This document shows, in pieces, positions 19,461 to 30,648 of a stretch of 64,000 bases of DNA (positions are counted from its first letter, which is position 1; each line of letters starts with the position of its first letter). The notes below the pieces were generated by a model that was given only the letters and a program-made list of their open reading frames with translations, did not search any database and was not told where the DNA came from. Origin of the DNA: an uncultured Acidobacteriota bacterium (GTDB taxonomy: Bacteria; Acidobacteriota; Polarisedimenticolia; J045); NCBI GenBank assembly GCA_963702425.1, contig CAVPCQ010000037.1, positions 96,001 to 160,000 of the forward strand. The letters run 5' to 3'. The position numbers were made by a program, and so were the translations under genes.

Positions 19461-20348
19461 ATGGTGCGCAGGACGCGGGTCCACCCCGCTCTGCCCGTCC
19501 TCGCGCTTCTCGCTTTCGCCTGTTCCGGTCCGCGCGACGCGGCGCCGGGGGCGTCTGCGGACGCGCAGCGGGTCATCACGGACATCGGCTCGGACACGAT
19601 GGTCAACCTGGCCCTCGCCTGGGCGGAAGCCTACGCGGTCAGCCGGCCGGAGATCCGCCTGTCGGTGACCGGCGGCGGGACGGGGACCGGCATCACGGCG
19701 CTGATCAACGGCACGGCCGACATCGCCAACGCCTCGCGGGAGATGAAGAAGGAGGAACTCGAAGCGGCCCGTGGCAAGGGGGTCGAGGCGATCGAGCACG
19801 TCGTGGCCCGCGACGCGATCGCGGTCATCGTCCACAAGAGCAACCCGATTTCGCGGCTGACGATCCGCCAGCTCTCCGACATCTACTCCGGGAAGATCTC
19901 GAACTGGCGCGAAGTCGGCGGGGAGGACCGCCCGATCGTGCGGCTCTCGCGCGAGACGAACTCGGGCACGCACGTCTTCTTCCTCGAGGCGGTCGTTCGC
20001 CGCGGCGAAAAGAAGGACAAGACGCTGCTCTCGACCGACACGCTGCTGCTGTCGTCGTCGGAGGGCGTGACCGCGGAGGTGGTCCAGAACCCGAATGCGC
20101 TCGGCTACGAGGGGCTCGGCTACGTGACCGACGAGATGAAGGTCGTGGCCGTCTCCAAAGGGGACAACGGTCCCTACGTCATGCCTTCCGCCGACACCGT
20201 CGACGACGGCAGCTACCCGATCGCGCGCGACCTGTATTTCTACACCCGCGGCGAGCCCCAGGGCGCGCTGGGCGACTATATCCGCTGGGTCACGGGCGGA
20301 GAAGCCCAGCGGATCGTCCGGCAACTCGGCTTCGTTCCGGTCAACTGA
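19461..20348 (+). CDS. pstS: Phosphate ABC transporter substrate-binding lipoprotein
   Basis: Lipobox AFAC; GSDTM, GGGTGTG, NSGT, YPIAR motifs. Confidence 0.93.
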   Translation: MVRRTRVHPALPVLALLAFACSGPRDAAPGASADAQRVITDIGSDTMVNLALAWAEAYAVSRPEIRLSVTGGGTGTGITALINGTADIANASREMKKEELEAARGKGVEAIEHVVARDAIAVIVHKSNPISRLTIRQLSDIYSGKISNWREVGGEDRPIVRLSRETNSGTHVFFLEAVVRRGEKKDKTLLSTDTLLLSSSEGVTAEVVQNPNALGYEGLGYVTDEMKVVAVSKGDNGPYVMPSADTVDDGSYPIARDLYFYTRGEPQGALGDYIRWVTGGEAQRIVRQLGFVPVN

Positions 20349-20367
20349 AGCGATCCGGAACAGGCCC

Positions 20368-21264
20368 GTGGCGCGCACCCGGCACCCTCTCGAAGCGGCG
20401 ATCGAAGCGGTCATCCGACTGTCCGGCTACTCGGCGATCATCTTCGTCGCGCTGATCTCGCTCTTCCTGCTGCGCGAGGGGCTGCCGGCGTTCAGCGAGG
20501 TCCCGCTGGCCTCGCTCTTCGGCTCGCGCTGGTACCCGATCGAGGGCTACTTCGCACTCGGACCGCTGATCTGGGGCTCGCTCGTCGTGACGGTCGGCGC
20601 GGCGCTGTTCGCGGTCCCGCTCGGCGTGGCGGCAGCGATGTTCATCGCCGAGGTGGCGCCGCGCTGGCTGCGCGAGGTCCTCAAGCCGCTGGTCGAGATC
20701 CTCGCCGGCCTGCCGTCGGTGGTCCTGGGGTTCCTGGGGATCGTCGTGCTCGTGCCGATGATCCGCGAGACGCTCGGCCTGGCGACCGGGCTGACGGCGC
20801 TCACCGGCTCGTTGCTGCTGGCCGGGATGGCGCTGCCGACGATCGTCAGCGTCGCCGAGGACGCGCTCGACGCGGTCCCCGCGGCCTACAAGATCGGCTC
20901 GCTCGCGCTCGGCGCCTCGCGCTGGCAGACGCTCTGGCGCGTCACGCTCCCGGCCGCGCGGACCGGCGTGCTGACCGCGATCATGCTCGGGATCGGGCGG
21001 GCGGTCGGCGAGACGATGGCCGTCATGATGGTCACCGGCAACGCGCCGGTCGTGATCTTCGGTCCGCAGGCGCTCGTCTCACCGGTGCGGACGATGACCG
21101 CGACGGTCGCCGCCGAGATGGGCGAGGTCGCGCGCGGCAGCGTCCACTACCACGTGCTCTTCACCGTCGGCCTGGTGCTGTTCGTGATCAGCTTCGCGGT
21201 CAACGTGCTGGCCTCGATGGTCCTGCTGAAGCGGCGCGCCGCCGCCGGGAGGATGCTCTCGTGA
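20368..21264 (+). CDS. pstC: Phosphate ABC transporter permease
   Basis: LAGLPSVV.G, RAVGETMAV. Confidence 0.93.
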   Translation: MARTRHPLEAAIEAVIRLSGYSAIIFVALISLFLLREGLPAFSEVPLASLFGSRWYPIEGYFALGPLIWGSLVVTVGAALFAVPLGVAAAMFIAEVAPRWLREVLKPLVEILAGLPSVVLGFLGIVVLVPMIRETLGLATGLTALTGSLLLAGMALPTIVSVAEDALDAVPAAYKIGSLALGASRWQTLWRVTLPAARTGVLTAIMLGIGRAVGETMAVMMVTGNAPVVIFGPQALVSPVRTMTATVAAEMGEVARGSVHYHVLFTVGLVLFVISFAVNVLASMVLLKRRAAAGRMLS

Positions 21265-22118
21265 CGCCCGGCGAACGCCGGCTCCTCGTGCAGCGCGTCG
21301 CGTTCTCGATGCTCGGGCTCGCGACCGCGCTGACCGTGCTGCCGATCATCCTGATCGTCGGCGTGATCGCGTGGAAGGGCGCGCCCGCCCTGAGCGCCGC
21401 CTTCCTGTTCGAGGCCCCGCGCGAAGGCCTGCGGGCGGGCGGGATCTGGCCGGCCCTGGTCGGCACGATCTACCTCACGATCGGCACCGGGCTGATCGCG
21501 GTCCCGGTCGGCCTCGCGGCGGCGATCTACCTGTCGGAGTACGCCCGCGAGAACGTCTTCACGCGCGCGATCCGGATCGCGATCATCAACCTCGCCGGGA
21601 TCCCTTCGGTCGTCTACGGGCTGTTCGGGCTGGCGCTGTTCGTGCTGTTCCTGGGCCTCGGCACCTCGATCGTCGCCGCCTCGCTGACGCTCTCGATCAT
21701 GACCCTGCCAGTGATCATCAGCACCGCCGAGGAGGCGCTGCGCGCGGTGCCGCAGAGCTTCCGGCTGGTTTCGCAGGGGATGGGCGGGACGAAGTGGCAG
21801 ACGATCCGGCGGATCGTGCTGCCGCAGGCGCTCCCGGGGATTCTCACCGGCGTGATCCTCGGGCTCGAGCGCGCGGCGGGGGAGACGGCGCCGATCCTGT
21901 TCACCGGAGCCGCGCTCTTCCTGCCTCAGCTCCCGGCCTCGATCTTCGACGAGACGATGGCCCTCCCGTACCACCTTTTCGTCATCTCGACGCAGGTTCC
22001 GGGGATGCCGGTCAAGGTCCAGTTCGGGACCGCGCTCGTGCTGCTCGCCTTCGTCCTGTCGATGAACGTCCTGGCGACCTTCATCCGCAGCACCTACCGC
22101 CGGCGGAGGCAGTGGTGA
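21261..22118 (+). CDS. pstA: Phosphate ABC transporter permease
   Basis: AIYLSEY, NLAGIPSVVYGLFG, RAAGETAP. Confidence 0.93.
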   Translation: MTPGERRLLVQRVAFSMLGLATALTVLPIILIVGVIAWKGAPALSAAFLFEAPREGLRAGGIWPALVGTIYLTIGTGLIAVPVGLAAAIYLSEYARENVFTRAIRIAIINLAGIPSVVYGLFGLALFVLFLGLGTSIVAASLTLSIMTLPVIISTAEEALRAVPQSFRLVSQGMGGTKWQTIRRIVLPQALPGILTGVILGLERAAGETAPILFTGAALFLPQLPASIFDETMALPYHLFVISTQVPGMPVKVQFGTALVLLAFVLSMNVLATFIRSTYRRRRQW

Positions 22119-22906
22119 TCATTCCGGGCAGCCCCGCTCAACCGGCCTTCGAGCCGAAGATCGAGATCGAGAACCTGCGGGTCTCGTACGGCGACGAGCC
22201 GCCGTCGCTCGACGGCGTGTCGCTGACGGTCCCGGCTAACCAGATCAGTGTCTTCTTCGGGCCGGCCGGCGGCGGGAAGAGCACGCTGCTGCGCACGATC
22301 AACCGGCTCAACGATCTCGTCGACAACGCCCGCACCGAGGGGCGGGTGCGGCTCGACGGGGAGGACATCCTCGGTCCGGACGTCGACATCACGCGTCTCC
22401 GACGGCGGATCGGAATCGTGTTCGCGCTGCCGGTGCCGCTGCCGATGTCGATCCGCCGGAACCTGTGGTACGGGCTGGAGCTGGCCGGCGAGCGCAACCG
22501 TCGCGTCCTCGACGAGGCGATGGAGCAGGCCCTGGCCGCCGCCGCGCTGTGGGACGAGGTCAAGGACCGGCTCGACGAGCCCGCGATCGCGCTCTCCGGC
22601 GGGCAGCAGCAGCGGCTCTGCCTGGCCCGCGTGCTGGCGCTCGAGCCCGAGGTGATCATGCTCGACGAGCCGTCGTCCGGGCTCGACCCGATCTCGACCG
22701 CGAAGGTCGAGGCCTCGCTGCAGGAGCTCAAGAAGCAGTACACGGTGATCATCGTCCCCAGCAGCGTGCAGCAGGCCAGCCGGCTCGCCGACTGGGCCGG
22801 GTTCTTCCTGCAGGGCGAGCTGGTCGAGTGGGCGTCGGGCCGGGAGCTGTTCCTCGCGCCGAAGGACCGGCGGACCGAGGATTACCTGACGGGACGATTC
22901 GGCTAG
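22115..22906 (+). CDS. pstB: Phosphate ABC transporter ATP-binding protein, divergent motifs
   Basis: GPAGGGKST, LSGGQQQRLC, MLDEP, RTEDYLTGRFG. Confidence 0.9.
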   Translation: MIIPGSPAQPAFEPKIEIENLRVSYGDEPPSLDGVSLTVPANQISVFFGPAGGGKSTLLRTINRLNDLVDNARTEGRVRLDGEDILGPDVDITRLRRRIGIVFALPVPLPMSIRRNLWYGLELAGERNRRVLDEAMEQALAAAALWDEVKDRLDEPAIALSGGQQQRLCLARVLALEPEVIMLDEPSSGLDPISTAKVEASLQELKKQYTVIIVPSSVQQASRLADWAGFFLQGELVEWASGRELFLAPKDRRTEDYLTGRFG

Positions 22907-22999
22907 CCGGGGCCTCGCGCCCTGGTGACTGCGTCACCACCGCCGCGGGACTGGAGGGCCGATCAGCGTATTCTCCCTCCGGAATCCCGGGGAGGTCCC

Positions 23000-25635
23000 A
23001 TGCGCCGCACCGCCGCCGCCGTTCTCGTCGCCCTCGTCGTGCTGCTCGCTCCGAGCGCTCCCGGGCCGTTCGCGGCTCCGCCGGAACTCGGCCCGCTGCA
23101 GTTCCTACCCGGCGACGACGCGCTCGCCGGCGCCTGGGGCGATCAATCGCCGCCCGACATCGCCCGCGGCGGCGACGGGATTCCTGGCGGTGTGGGGCGA
23201 CGCCCGCGCCGACGAAGGGAAAGAACGACGTCTACGGCGCCCGGCTCGACGCGGCGGGGAATCCGGTCGGCGCGTCGTTCGCCATCAATCAGGACGACGG
23301 CTCGCAGACGGGACCGAAGGTCGCGTGGAACGGCCAGAACTGGCTCGTCGTCTTCCTGAGCGATGGACTTCTCAAGGCGGCGCGCGTCGCGCCGGACGGG
23401 ACGGTGCTCGACGCGGCGCCGATCCAGCTCGCGAACCCGGGTGCGGGTGCCGGCTACACGATCGCGAGCGACGGCTCGTCGTGGGCCGTCCTGTGGGCCG
23501 GGACGTCGGCAGGGAAGGCCGACCTCCGCGGGGCGCGGATCTCCCGAGCGGGCGTCGTGCTCGATCCGGGCGGGGTCCAGATCCTCCCCGAGACGTACTA
23601 CATCCGAAGCGTCGGCCCGATGGCGTTCTGCCAGAGCCGCTACGTCATGGTCTGGGCCGACGATTCGGGCGTCGTGGCGCTGCGACTGACCCCGACGCTG
23701 CAGAAGATGGACGCCGGGCCGATCACGATCGCGGGCAGTACGGCCTACGCCGAGACCTCCGCCAACATCGCGGCCAGCGCGAGCGAGTTCTACGTCACGT
23801 GGACCGAGACCGACAACAGCTACTGGGTCGAGCAGATCAAGGGCAGCCGGGTCAGCGTCGGCGGCGTGGCAACGACGCCCGCGGGCCTGCCGATCAACGA
23901 GAACAAGTCCGGCGGAAACGGCGCCGACGTCGCGTGGGACGGGACGCAGTGGATCGTCGCCTGGACCGGTGCGGGCGCCTTCGCCAACCGGATCTCGGCC
24001 GCCGGCAGCGTCCTCGACGGGACGGGCTTCCAGCTCGCGTCGGCGACGGCGTTCTTCGACGCGCGCAGCGCCGCGGTCGCCGGCGCTCCCGGCGGCGGGG
24101 CGAAGGTGGTCTGGATGGACTACCGCTCGCACCTCGAGAACGACATCTGGGGCGCGTCCGTGCGGCCGGCCGGCGGCGCGAACGGTCCCGACGCGCTCGT
24201 CAGCGTCAGCGCACCCTCACAGCAGAACCCGAGGATCGTCTGGAACGGCAGCGGCTACACGGTCGCCTGGCTCAGCCAGACGTCGACCGTCTCGCGCGTC
24301 CTCGTCCAGCGTCTCGACGCCAGCGGCGTGCCGATCGACCAACAGCCGGTCGAGGTCGTCGCCGGGCCGAACCTCGTCGAGCCCTGGATCGCGTGGAGCG
24401 GGACGCGCTACCTCGTAACCTGGAAGTCGCGCACGAACGTCCGGGTCTATGCCCGCCGCCTTGCGCCCGACCTCTCGTTCCAGGACGCCGCGCCGATCGA
24501 CGTGATGACCGGCGACGGCCCGGCCGTCGCGGCGCTGGGTGACGTCTTCCTGGTCGCGGTCCAGAACTCGCCGTCGTACTGGCAGTGGCGCGACACCTAT
24601 GCACAGCGGATCGACGGCGCGACCGGCGCGAAGCTCGGCGGCCTGATCGGGATCGCGGGCGGATTCGCCTGGGCGGGGACGGTCGGCACGGTGGGGAACC
24701 GCTGGCTGCTGTCGTGGGAGGCGCACTACTCGCACAACGAGTCGCCCTACACGCTGGTTGCGGCCTGGGTCAACGCCGACGGGACGGCCAGCACCAGCTT
24801 CGGCCTCGTCTCCGGCTCGGGCTTCGGCACCGCCGGGGTCGAGATCGCGAGCCACCCGCAGCTCGGCGCGATCGTCTACTCGACCACCCGCGCCCCGTCA
24901 GCGTCGAACGGCGAGATCTACCTGCTGCGCGTGCAGGCGGACGGCACCTTTCCGGACGGCTACACCGGCCGGCTCGTCACGGGGAATGCCGACGGCAACC
25001 AGTACGCCCCCGGCGCGGCCTGGAACGGCGCCGAGTTCGTCACCGCCTTCCAGGACGACCGGGCGAGCACGCCCTACGTCTCCTTCCCCGAGAGCGACCT
25101 CTACGGCGCGCGCGTCAGCGCGGCCGGGGCCGTGCTCGATGGCGCCGGCGGCTTCCCGATCGCGACCGCGCCGGTGCCCGAGTGGCAGCCGGCGGTTGCG
25201 GGCTCAGGTGGCGATACGCTCGTCGCCGCCTCCTACCTGCGCGCCGGCGCGTACGGCGCGCTGCGGATCGGCGTGCGCCGGCTGATCCCGGCCGGCGCGG
25301 CCCCCCCGGCGGTCGAAGGGCTGCGCTTCCAGGGCGGGGTGAGCCTGGCCTGGAACGCCTCGAAGGCGGCGACCGTCTACGACCTGCTGCGCGGCGACCT
25401 GGCTCGGCTGTCGGCCGACCGCTCGATCGCGGCCGCGGCCTGCCTGGCGAACGACCTCCCCACCACGCTCCACGACGACGCGTCGCGGCCCGCGGCGGGG
25501 AACGGCTTCTACTACCTGGTACGGGCCGACCGCGGCGGTTCGGCGCCCGGCACCTACGACGACCCGGTCACGACCGGGCTCGCCCACGGCCGGGACGACG
25601 ACGCCGGCCCCGCCGCCTGCCTGCACCTCCCCTAG
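23000..25635 (+). CDS. Large secreted beta-repeat protein with C-terminal Cys domain; frameshift near 23180
   Basis: GGAGG RBS, signal peptide; repeated P.VAWNG..YLVVW and D.YGARV...G.VLD units. Confidence 0.75.
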
Positions 25636-27914
25636 CCGGCGCTCCGCTCGTACGCGGCGACGGGCGGGGTGGTCCGCTCCAGCGACCACCCGCCCTTCAG
25701 CCCGAAGACGAACCAACCGAGGACCAGCATCCCGGCCGCGAAGATCGAGTCGCCGACGACGCGCATCCAGCGCAGCGTCTCCATCGGGCCGGTCTGCATG
25801 AACTCCGCCGAGCGCGCGTACCACAGCCCGTGCTCGACCGAGGCCCAGGTCTGCAGCAGCCCGATCGGCAGCAGGCTCAGGAGGACCATCAGCGAGAGGC
25901 CGATGTTCATCGCCCAGAAGGAGAAGGCCAGGGGTCTCGTCTTCCAGGCCGCGGTGACGTCGAGCCCGCGCAGGCAGAACAGCATCAGCCCGATCCCGAG
26001 CATCCCGTAGACGCCGAACAGCGCGGTGTGGCCGTGGACCGCGGTCGTGTTCAGGCCCTGCATGTAGTAGAGCGCGATCGGCGGATTGATCAGGAACCCG
26101 AACAGGCCCGCGCCGACGAGGTTCCAGAAGGCGACTGCGACGAAGAAGTAGATCGGCCAGCGGTAGGCCGCGACCCAGCTCCGGACGCGGGCCAGCCGGA
26201 GGTTCCCGGTCGCCTCGAAGCCGATCAGGACGAGCGGGACGATCTCGAGCGCCGAGAAGACCGCGCCGAAGGCCAGCACGCCGGTCGGGGTCCCGGTGAA
26301 GTAGAGGTGGTGCATCGTGCCGATGATCCCGCCCGTGAGGTAGATCACGCTCGAGAAGAGCGCGGCGCGCGTGGCGGAAGCGACGCTGACCAGGCCCAGG
26401 CGCGTGAACAGGAACGCGATCGCCACGGTCGCGAAGACCTCGAAGAACCCTTCGACCCAGAGGTGGACGACCCACCAGCGCCAGTACTCGGCGATCGCGA
26501 GGTTGGTGTGACGGCCCCACATCAGTCCGGCGCCGTAGAACAGCCCGATCGCGGCCGCGGCGATCACGAAGAGGCCCAGCAACTGGCGACCCTGCAGGTC
26601 GCGCCTGAAGGCGGGCGCGAGCGCCCGGCCGACGAGGAAGAGCCAGATCAGGAGCCCGGCGAAGAGCAGGATCTGCCAGAAACGCCCGAGATCGACGTAT
26701 TCGTAGCCCATGTGGCCGAACCAGAAGTTCTGCGTCAGGCCCAGCTTCTGCATCACGCCCAGCCATTCGCCGGCGAACGAGCCGCCGACCACGACGAGCA
26801 GCGCGCCGAAGAGCAGGTTGACGCCGAAGCGCTGGCCCCGGGGCTCGGCCCCCGCGACCGCCGGGGCGATGAACAGGCCGGTCGCCAGCCACGCCGTCGC
26901 GATCCAGAAGATGCCCGACTGGACGTGCCAGGTCCGGGCGACGGAGTAGGGGAGCCAGTCGGCGAGCGGGATCCCGTAGAACCCGGAGCCCTCCACGCCG
27001 TAGTGCGCCGTGATTGCGCCGACCGCCATCTGCACCACGATCAGCAGCGCCACGACCCAGAAGTACTTCAGGGTGGCGAGCATCGACGGTGTCGGACGCA
27101 GCGCCAGGAACGGATCGGTGGCCGGGGCGCCCGCGCCGGGCGGATCCTCGTCGCGCCGGCCCCCCTGGTACCAGACCAGGGCGCCGACGCCGGCCAGCAG
27201 CGCGATGAAGCTGATCACCGACCAGACCACGATCGAGCCCGACGGGCGGTTGTCGATCAGCGCCTCGGCCGGCCAGTTGGTGGTGTAGGTGATCGCCTGT
27301 CCCGGGCGCTCCGTTCCGGCGGCCCAGGCGGTCCAGAAGACGAAGGCCCCGAGCAGGCGGCGGCGTTCCGGGTCGGGAATCGTGTCGGTCCTGATCGCGT
27401 ACGCGTCGCGCAGCGCGGCGAGCGCGGGATCGTGGCCGAAGAGCGCGTCGTAATGGCCCGCGACGGCGGCGATCGAGGCTGCCCGGTCGTCGCTGATCGT
27501 GACGGTGCGGGTGACCGGGTCGTAGGTGTTGGTCCGGATCTCCTGCTTGAGGCGCGCCCTGAGCGCCGCCTGCTGCGCGAGGTCGAGGCCGGAGAAGGCC
27601 CCGCCGTGCGCCGCGGCGGCCCAGCGGTCGAGCAGGAAGACGAGCTCGCGGTGGAGCCAGTCGGCGGTCCAGTCGGGCGCGACGTAGGCCCCGTGGCCCC
27701 AGATCGACCCGACCTCATGCCCCCCCATCGACTGCCAGACGTTCTGCCCCGACCGGATGTCGTCGCCCGTGAAGAGGACGGTCCCCGACGCGGTCGCGAC
27801 CCGGTCCGGAATCGGCGGCGCCTGCCGGTAGATCTCGACGCCGAAGTAGCCCAGCGTCGCGAAGGAAAGCCCCACGACGAGGGCGAATGCGATCCAGAGT
27901 CGCCTGTTGGTCAT
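25632..27914 (-). CDS. norB: Quinol-dependent nitric oxide reductase (qNor, NorZ/NorB long form)
   Basis: GSIWGHGAYVAPDWTAD, WWVVHLWVEGFFE, GTMHHLY, VHGHTALFGVYG. Confidence 0.95.
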   Translation of the reverse strand: MTNRRLWIAFALVVGLSFATLGYFGVEIYRQAPPIPDRVATASGTVLFTGDDIRSGQNVWQSMGGHEVGSIWGHGAYVAPDWTADWLHRELVFLLDRWAAAAHGGAFSGLDLAQQAALRARLKQEIRTNTYDPVTRTVTISDDRAASIAAVAGHYDALFGHDPALAALRDAYAIRTDTIPDPERRRLLGAFVFWTAWAAGTERPGQAITYTTNWPAEALIDNRPSGSIVVWSVISFIALLAGVGALVWYQGGRRDEDPPGAGAPATDPFLALRPTPSMLATLKYFWVVALLIVVQMAVGAITAHYGVEGSGFYGIPLADWLPYSVARTWHVQSGIFWIATAWLATGLFIAPAVAGAEPRGQRFGVNLLFGALLVVVGGSFAGEWLGVMQKLGLTQNFWFGHMGYEYVDLGRFWQILLFAGLLIWLFLVGRALAPAFRRDLQGRQLLGLFVIAAAAIGLFYGAGLMWGRHTNLAIAEYWRWWVVHLWVEGFFEVFATVAIAFLFTRLGLVSVASATRAALFSSVIYLTGGIIGTMHHLYFTGTPTGVLAFGAVFSALEIVPLVLIGFEATGNLRLARVRSWVAAYRWPIYFFVAVAFWNLVGAGLFGFLINPPIALYYMQGLNTTAVHGHTALFGVYGMLGIGLMLFCLRGLDVTAAWKTRPLAFSFWAMNIGLSLMVLLSLLPIGLLQTWASVEHGLWYARSAEFMQTGPMETLRWMRVVGDSIFAAGMLVLGWFVFGLKGGWSLERTTPPVAAYERSAG

Positions 27915-27978
27915 CGAAACTCCTCCATGCGGTCCGGTGAATAGGGAATTACGGACCGTCATATCCGTTATGGAGGAG

Positions 27979-28006
27979 AGAATACATCCGGATATTCGGA
28001 TGTCAA
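27979..28006 (-). promoter_or_regulatory. Sigma70-type promoter of qNor overlapped by a palindromic operator
   Basis: Minus strand TTGACA (28006-28001), 16 bp, TATTCT (27984-27979); inverted repeat ACATCCG-N6-CGGATGT at 27984-28003. Confidence 0.7.
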
Positions 28007-28059
28007 GATCCCAATTCAAACCGCAGAACCCCCGGAACTCCGCTCGCCAGGCCCTGCCC

Positions 28060-30627
28060 TCAGACCGCCGCGGAGCCGGGCCCGGCCGGGCGAGGCGACG
28101 AGCCCGGCCTGCCCGGATCGAGCGGCTCCGCCCCGAGCGCCTCCCGAACCCCCGGATCGACCGAGCGCAGGTGGAGGTCCCGCTGCGGGAAGGGGATCTC
28201 GACTCCGGCCTCGCGGAGCGCCCGCTCGACCGCCGCGAGCACGTCGCTCTGGACGTTCATCCAGTCGTCGAAGTCGCCGGTCCAGAATCGGAGCGAGAAA
28301 TCGAGCGTGCTGTCCCCGAAGCCGAGGAAGAGCGGGTTCGGCGGCGGGTGGGCCAGGACCTTGGAGTGGCCCGCCGTCGCGCCGCGCAGCAGTTCGAGTA
28401 CCCGCCTCGGTTCCGTGCCGTAGGCCACGCCGACTCGGACGTCGATCCGGCGGAGCTTGTCGCTGTGGGTCCAGTTGACGACCTGGTCGGAGATCAGGTT
28501 GCTGTTCGGCACGATCACGGACGCGCCGTCGAAGGTCCGAACGACGCTCGAGCGGATGCCGATCCGCCGCACCGTCCCGGTCAGTTGCCCCAGCTCGACG
28601 ACGTCGCCGATCTCGATCGGTCGCTCCAGGATCAGGATCAGCCCGGCAACGAAGTTGCTGATGATGTTCTGCAGCCCGAAGCCGACGCCGATGCTGAAGG
28701 CGCTGACGAGCAGCGTCAGCCGGTTGAGCTCGAAGCCCGACATCGAGAGGGCGACCAGGAAGCCGGCCGCCAGCAGCAGGTAGCGGGTGATGGTGACGAT
28801 CGCGTTGGCGTGGCCGCGGGCGATCCGGGTCCGCGGGAGAAACTCCTCCGCGAGCAGGAACGAGACGAGCCGGGCGAAAAGGACCGCGGCCGCGAGGCCC
28901 AGCACGAAGGCCGCGATGTCGCCCAGCGAGATGTCGAGGGCGCCGAGGACGAAGCGGTGCGAGAGGCTCCGGCCGATCCAGCCGGAGACGGCCGGCACCA
29001 CGGTGAAGGTGTGCAGCGTGAAGAGCATCCAGCCGGCGGTGGCCAGGCCCACCAGGAGCCGCGTGCCGCCGGCGACGAACTGCTGCCCGTGAGTGGCCGC
29101 GGTGCGAAGGTGGGAGTGGGGACGGCTCACCCAGGCGCGGAGCAGAATCGCGGCGAGGGCAACCAGCAGATACAGGAACAACGCGGCCATTCCGGTCGTC
29201 AGGGTCGCTGAGGTCAGGAGTTCGGCCAGCGAGAGGTTGCCGGCGACGTTCGAGGCGATCGCGGCGCCGAACAGCGTGGCCGCCACGCCCGCGAGGACGA
29301 GCGCGGCATCCCACCAGCGGCCGGCCAGCGCCCGGCGCGCCGGGCTGCGGGGGCGGAATCCCCAGGCGAGTCCGGCGAACGCGAGCAGCCCGATCAGCAG
29401 CAGGAGCAGGCGCGAGCCGAGCGAGGCCGCGACCGCCAGGGGCTGCAGCCGATCTGCCAGGCCGAGCACCAGCAGGCCGGCCAGGTAGGGTCGCAGCGCG
29501 GTCGCGACGATGGGGCCGGCGAGCGAGCCGATCACCACGATTGCGGCGATCGACAGCAGGTCGTAGAACGCTGCCGGAGCGCGCGGGAACAGCGGCACCT
29601 GCAGCGCCAACACGCACAGGATCGCAGAACGGGCCGGGCGCCGCAGCAACTCGAGCCCGACGGCAGCCAGCCGGTCCGGGGGCGAGAAGCCCGCGAGTTC
29701 CCGGCGCGCGGTGGTCAGCAGCAGCCAGAGCGCCACGAGGACCACGACGCTGAAGGCGATCCGGCGGGGGGACCGGAGCACCGTCGCGAACAGGCGCAGG
29801 CTTTCTCGCCAGGGTTCTTCGCCCGGTGCCGCTGACGGCGGCCCCGCGGCGCGGGCGGTGAGCGCGGTCCACAGCGGCGGGCTGTCGACCCGGAGCAGTT
29901 TCTCCCGCTCGGCGCTCGTCGTCTCCTCGATCCACGCCGAGCCCTCGTCGATGATGAGTTGGAGCTCGGTGAGCCTCGCTTGCAGTTCGAGCGCCCGCTC
30001 GAGTTCGGCGCGCGCTCTCCCGTTCACATCGTCGATCGCCCCGGCCAGCTCCTCGATCGCCTTGCGCGGCACCGCCTCCGAATCCGCTGCACCAAGGGCG
30101 CGTCCCGTCAGGATCCAGCGTTCGCCGAGCAGGGTGAGCTCGGCCTGCAGCGCCTGCAGCGCCTTGATCCGTCGCTGGATCGCCTCGGCGGCCACCTCCG
30201 CTTGCAGTCGCGCGATTCGCCACTCGTTCTCCGCGCTGAACAGGGCGCGGAAGGTGCGCTGGGCGGCCGGAATGTCCCGTTCGGTGCTTGCCAGCTCCTG
30301 GGCCGCCGCCAGCCGCCCCTCGATCTCGCCGTCCAGTTCGGCCATGTAGCGGGGGCGGCGCAGTGTGAGCTCCGCGAGGCGCAACGCCTGCCGCGACTCG
30401 AGCAGCGCGGTCGAGATCGAGACGAGCGGGTACGGGGCGGGCGGGCGGTCCGCGTCCGCGGCGGCGTTGGCGACGGGGCCCGCGCCCGCCGTCGGACCGG
30501 TCGCTGCGGCCGGCTGGGCGTCGCGGGAGGGAAGGCCGGGGAACGGGATCTGCGCCGTGGCCGGCGGCGCGCCGGCGGACAGCAGCAGCGCGACCAGCGC
30601 GCCGGGGATTCGGGCAGGGGACAGCAC
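28060..30627 (-). CDS. Mechanosensitive channel, MscS/MscK-like
   Basis: Periplasmic coiled coil, many TMs, GVGFGLQNIISNFVAGLILILERP, IVPNS. Confidence 0.92.
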   Translation of the reverse strand: MLSPARIPGALVALLLSAGAPPATAQIPFPGLPSRDAQPAAATGPTAGAGPVANAAADADRPPAPYPLVSISTALLESRQALRLAELTLRRPRYMAELDGEIEGRLAAAQELASTERDIPAAQRTFRALFSAENEWRIARLQAEVAAEAIQRRIKALQALQAELTLLGERWILTGRALGAADSEAVPRKAIEELAGAIDDVNGRARAELERALELQARLTELQLIIDEGSAWIEETTSAEREKLLRVDSPPLWTALTARAAGPPSAAPGEEPWRESLRLFATVLRSPRRIAFSVVVLVALWLLLTTARRELAGFSPPDRLAAVGLELLRRPARSAILCVLALQVPLFPRAPAAFYDLLSIAAIVVIGSLAGPIVATALRPYLAGLLVLGLADRLQPLAVAASLGSRLLLLLIGLLAFAGLAWGFRPRSPARRALAGRWWDAALVLAGVAATLFGAAIASNVAGNLSLAELLTSATLTTGMAALFLYLLVALAAILLRAWVSRPHSHLRTAATHGQQFVAGGTRLLVGLATAGWMLFTLHTFTVVPAVSGWIGRSLSHRFVLGALDISLGDIAAFVLGLAAAVLFARLVSFLLAEEFLPRTRIARGHANAIVTITRYLLLAAGFLVALSMSGFELNRLTLLVSAFSIGVGFGLQNIISNFVAGLILILERPIEIGDVVELGQLTGTVRRIGIRSSVVRTFDGASVIVPNSNLISDQVVNWTHSDKLRRIDVRVGVAYGTEPRRVLELLRGATAGHSKVLAHPPPNPLFLGFGDSTLDFSLRFWTGDFDDWMNVQSDVLAAVERALREAGVEIPFPQRDLHLRSVDPGVREALGAEPLDPGRPGSSPRPAGPGSAAV

Positions 30628-30648
30628 GGGCAGGGCTCCCCGTGGAGT

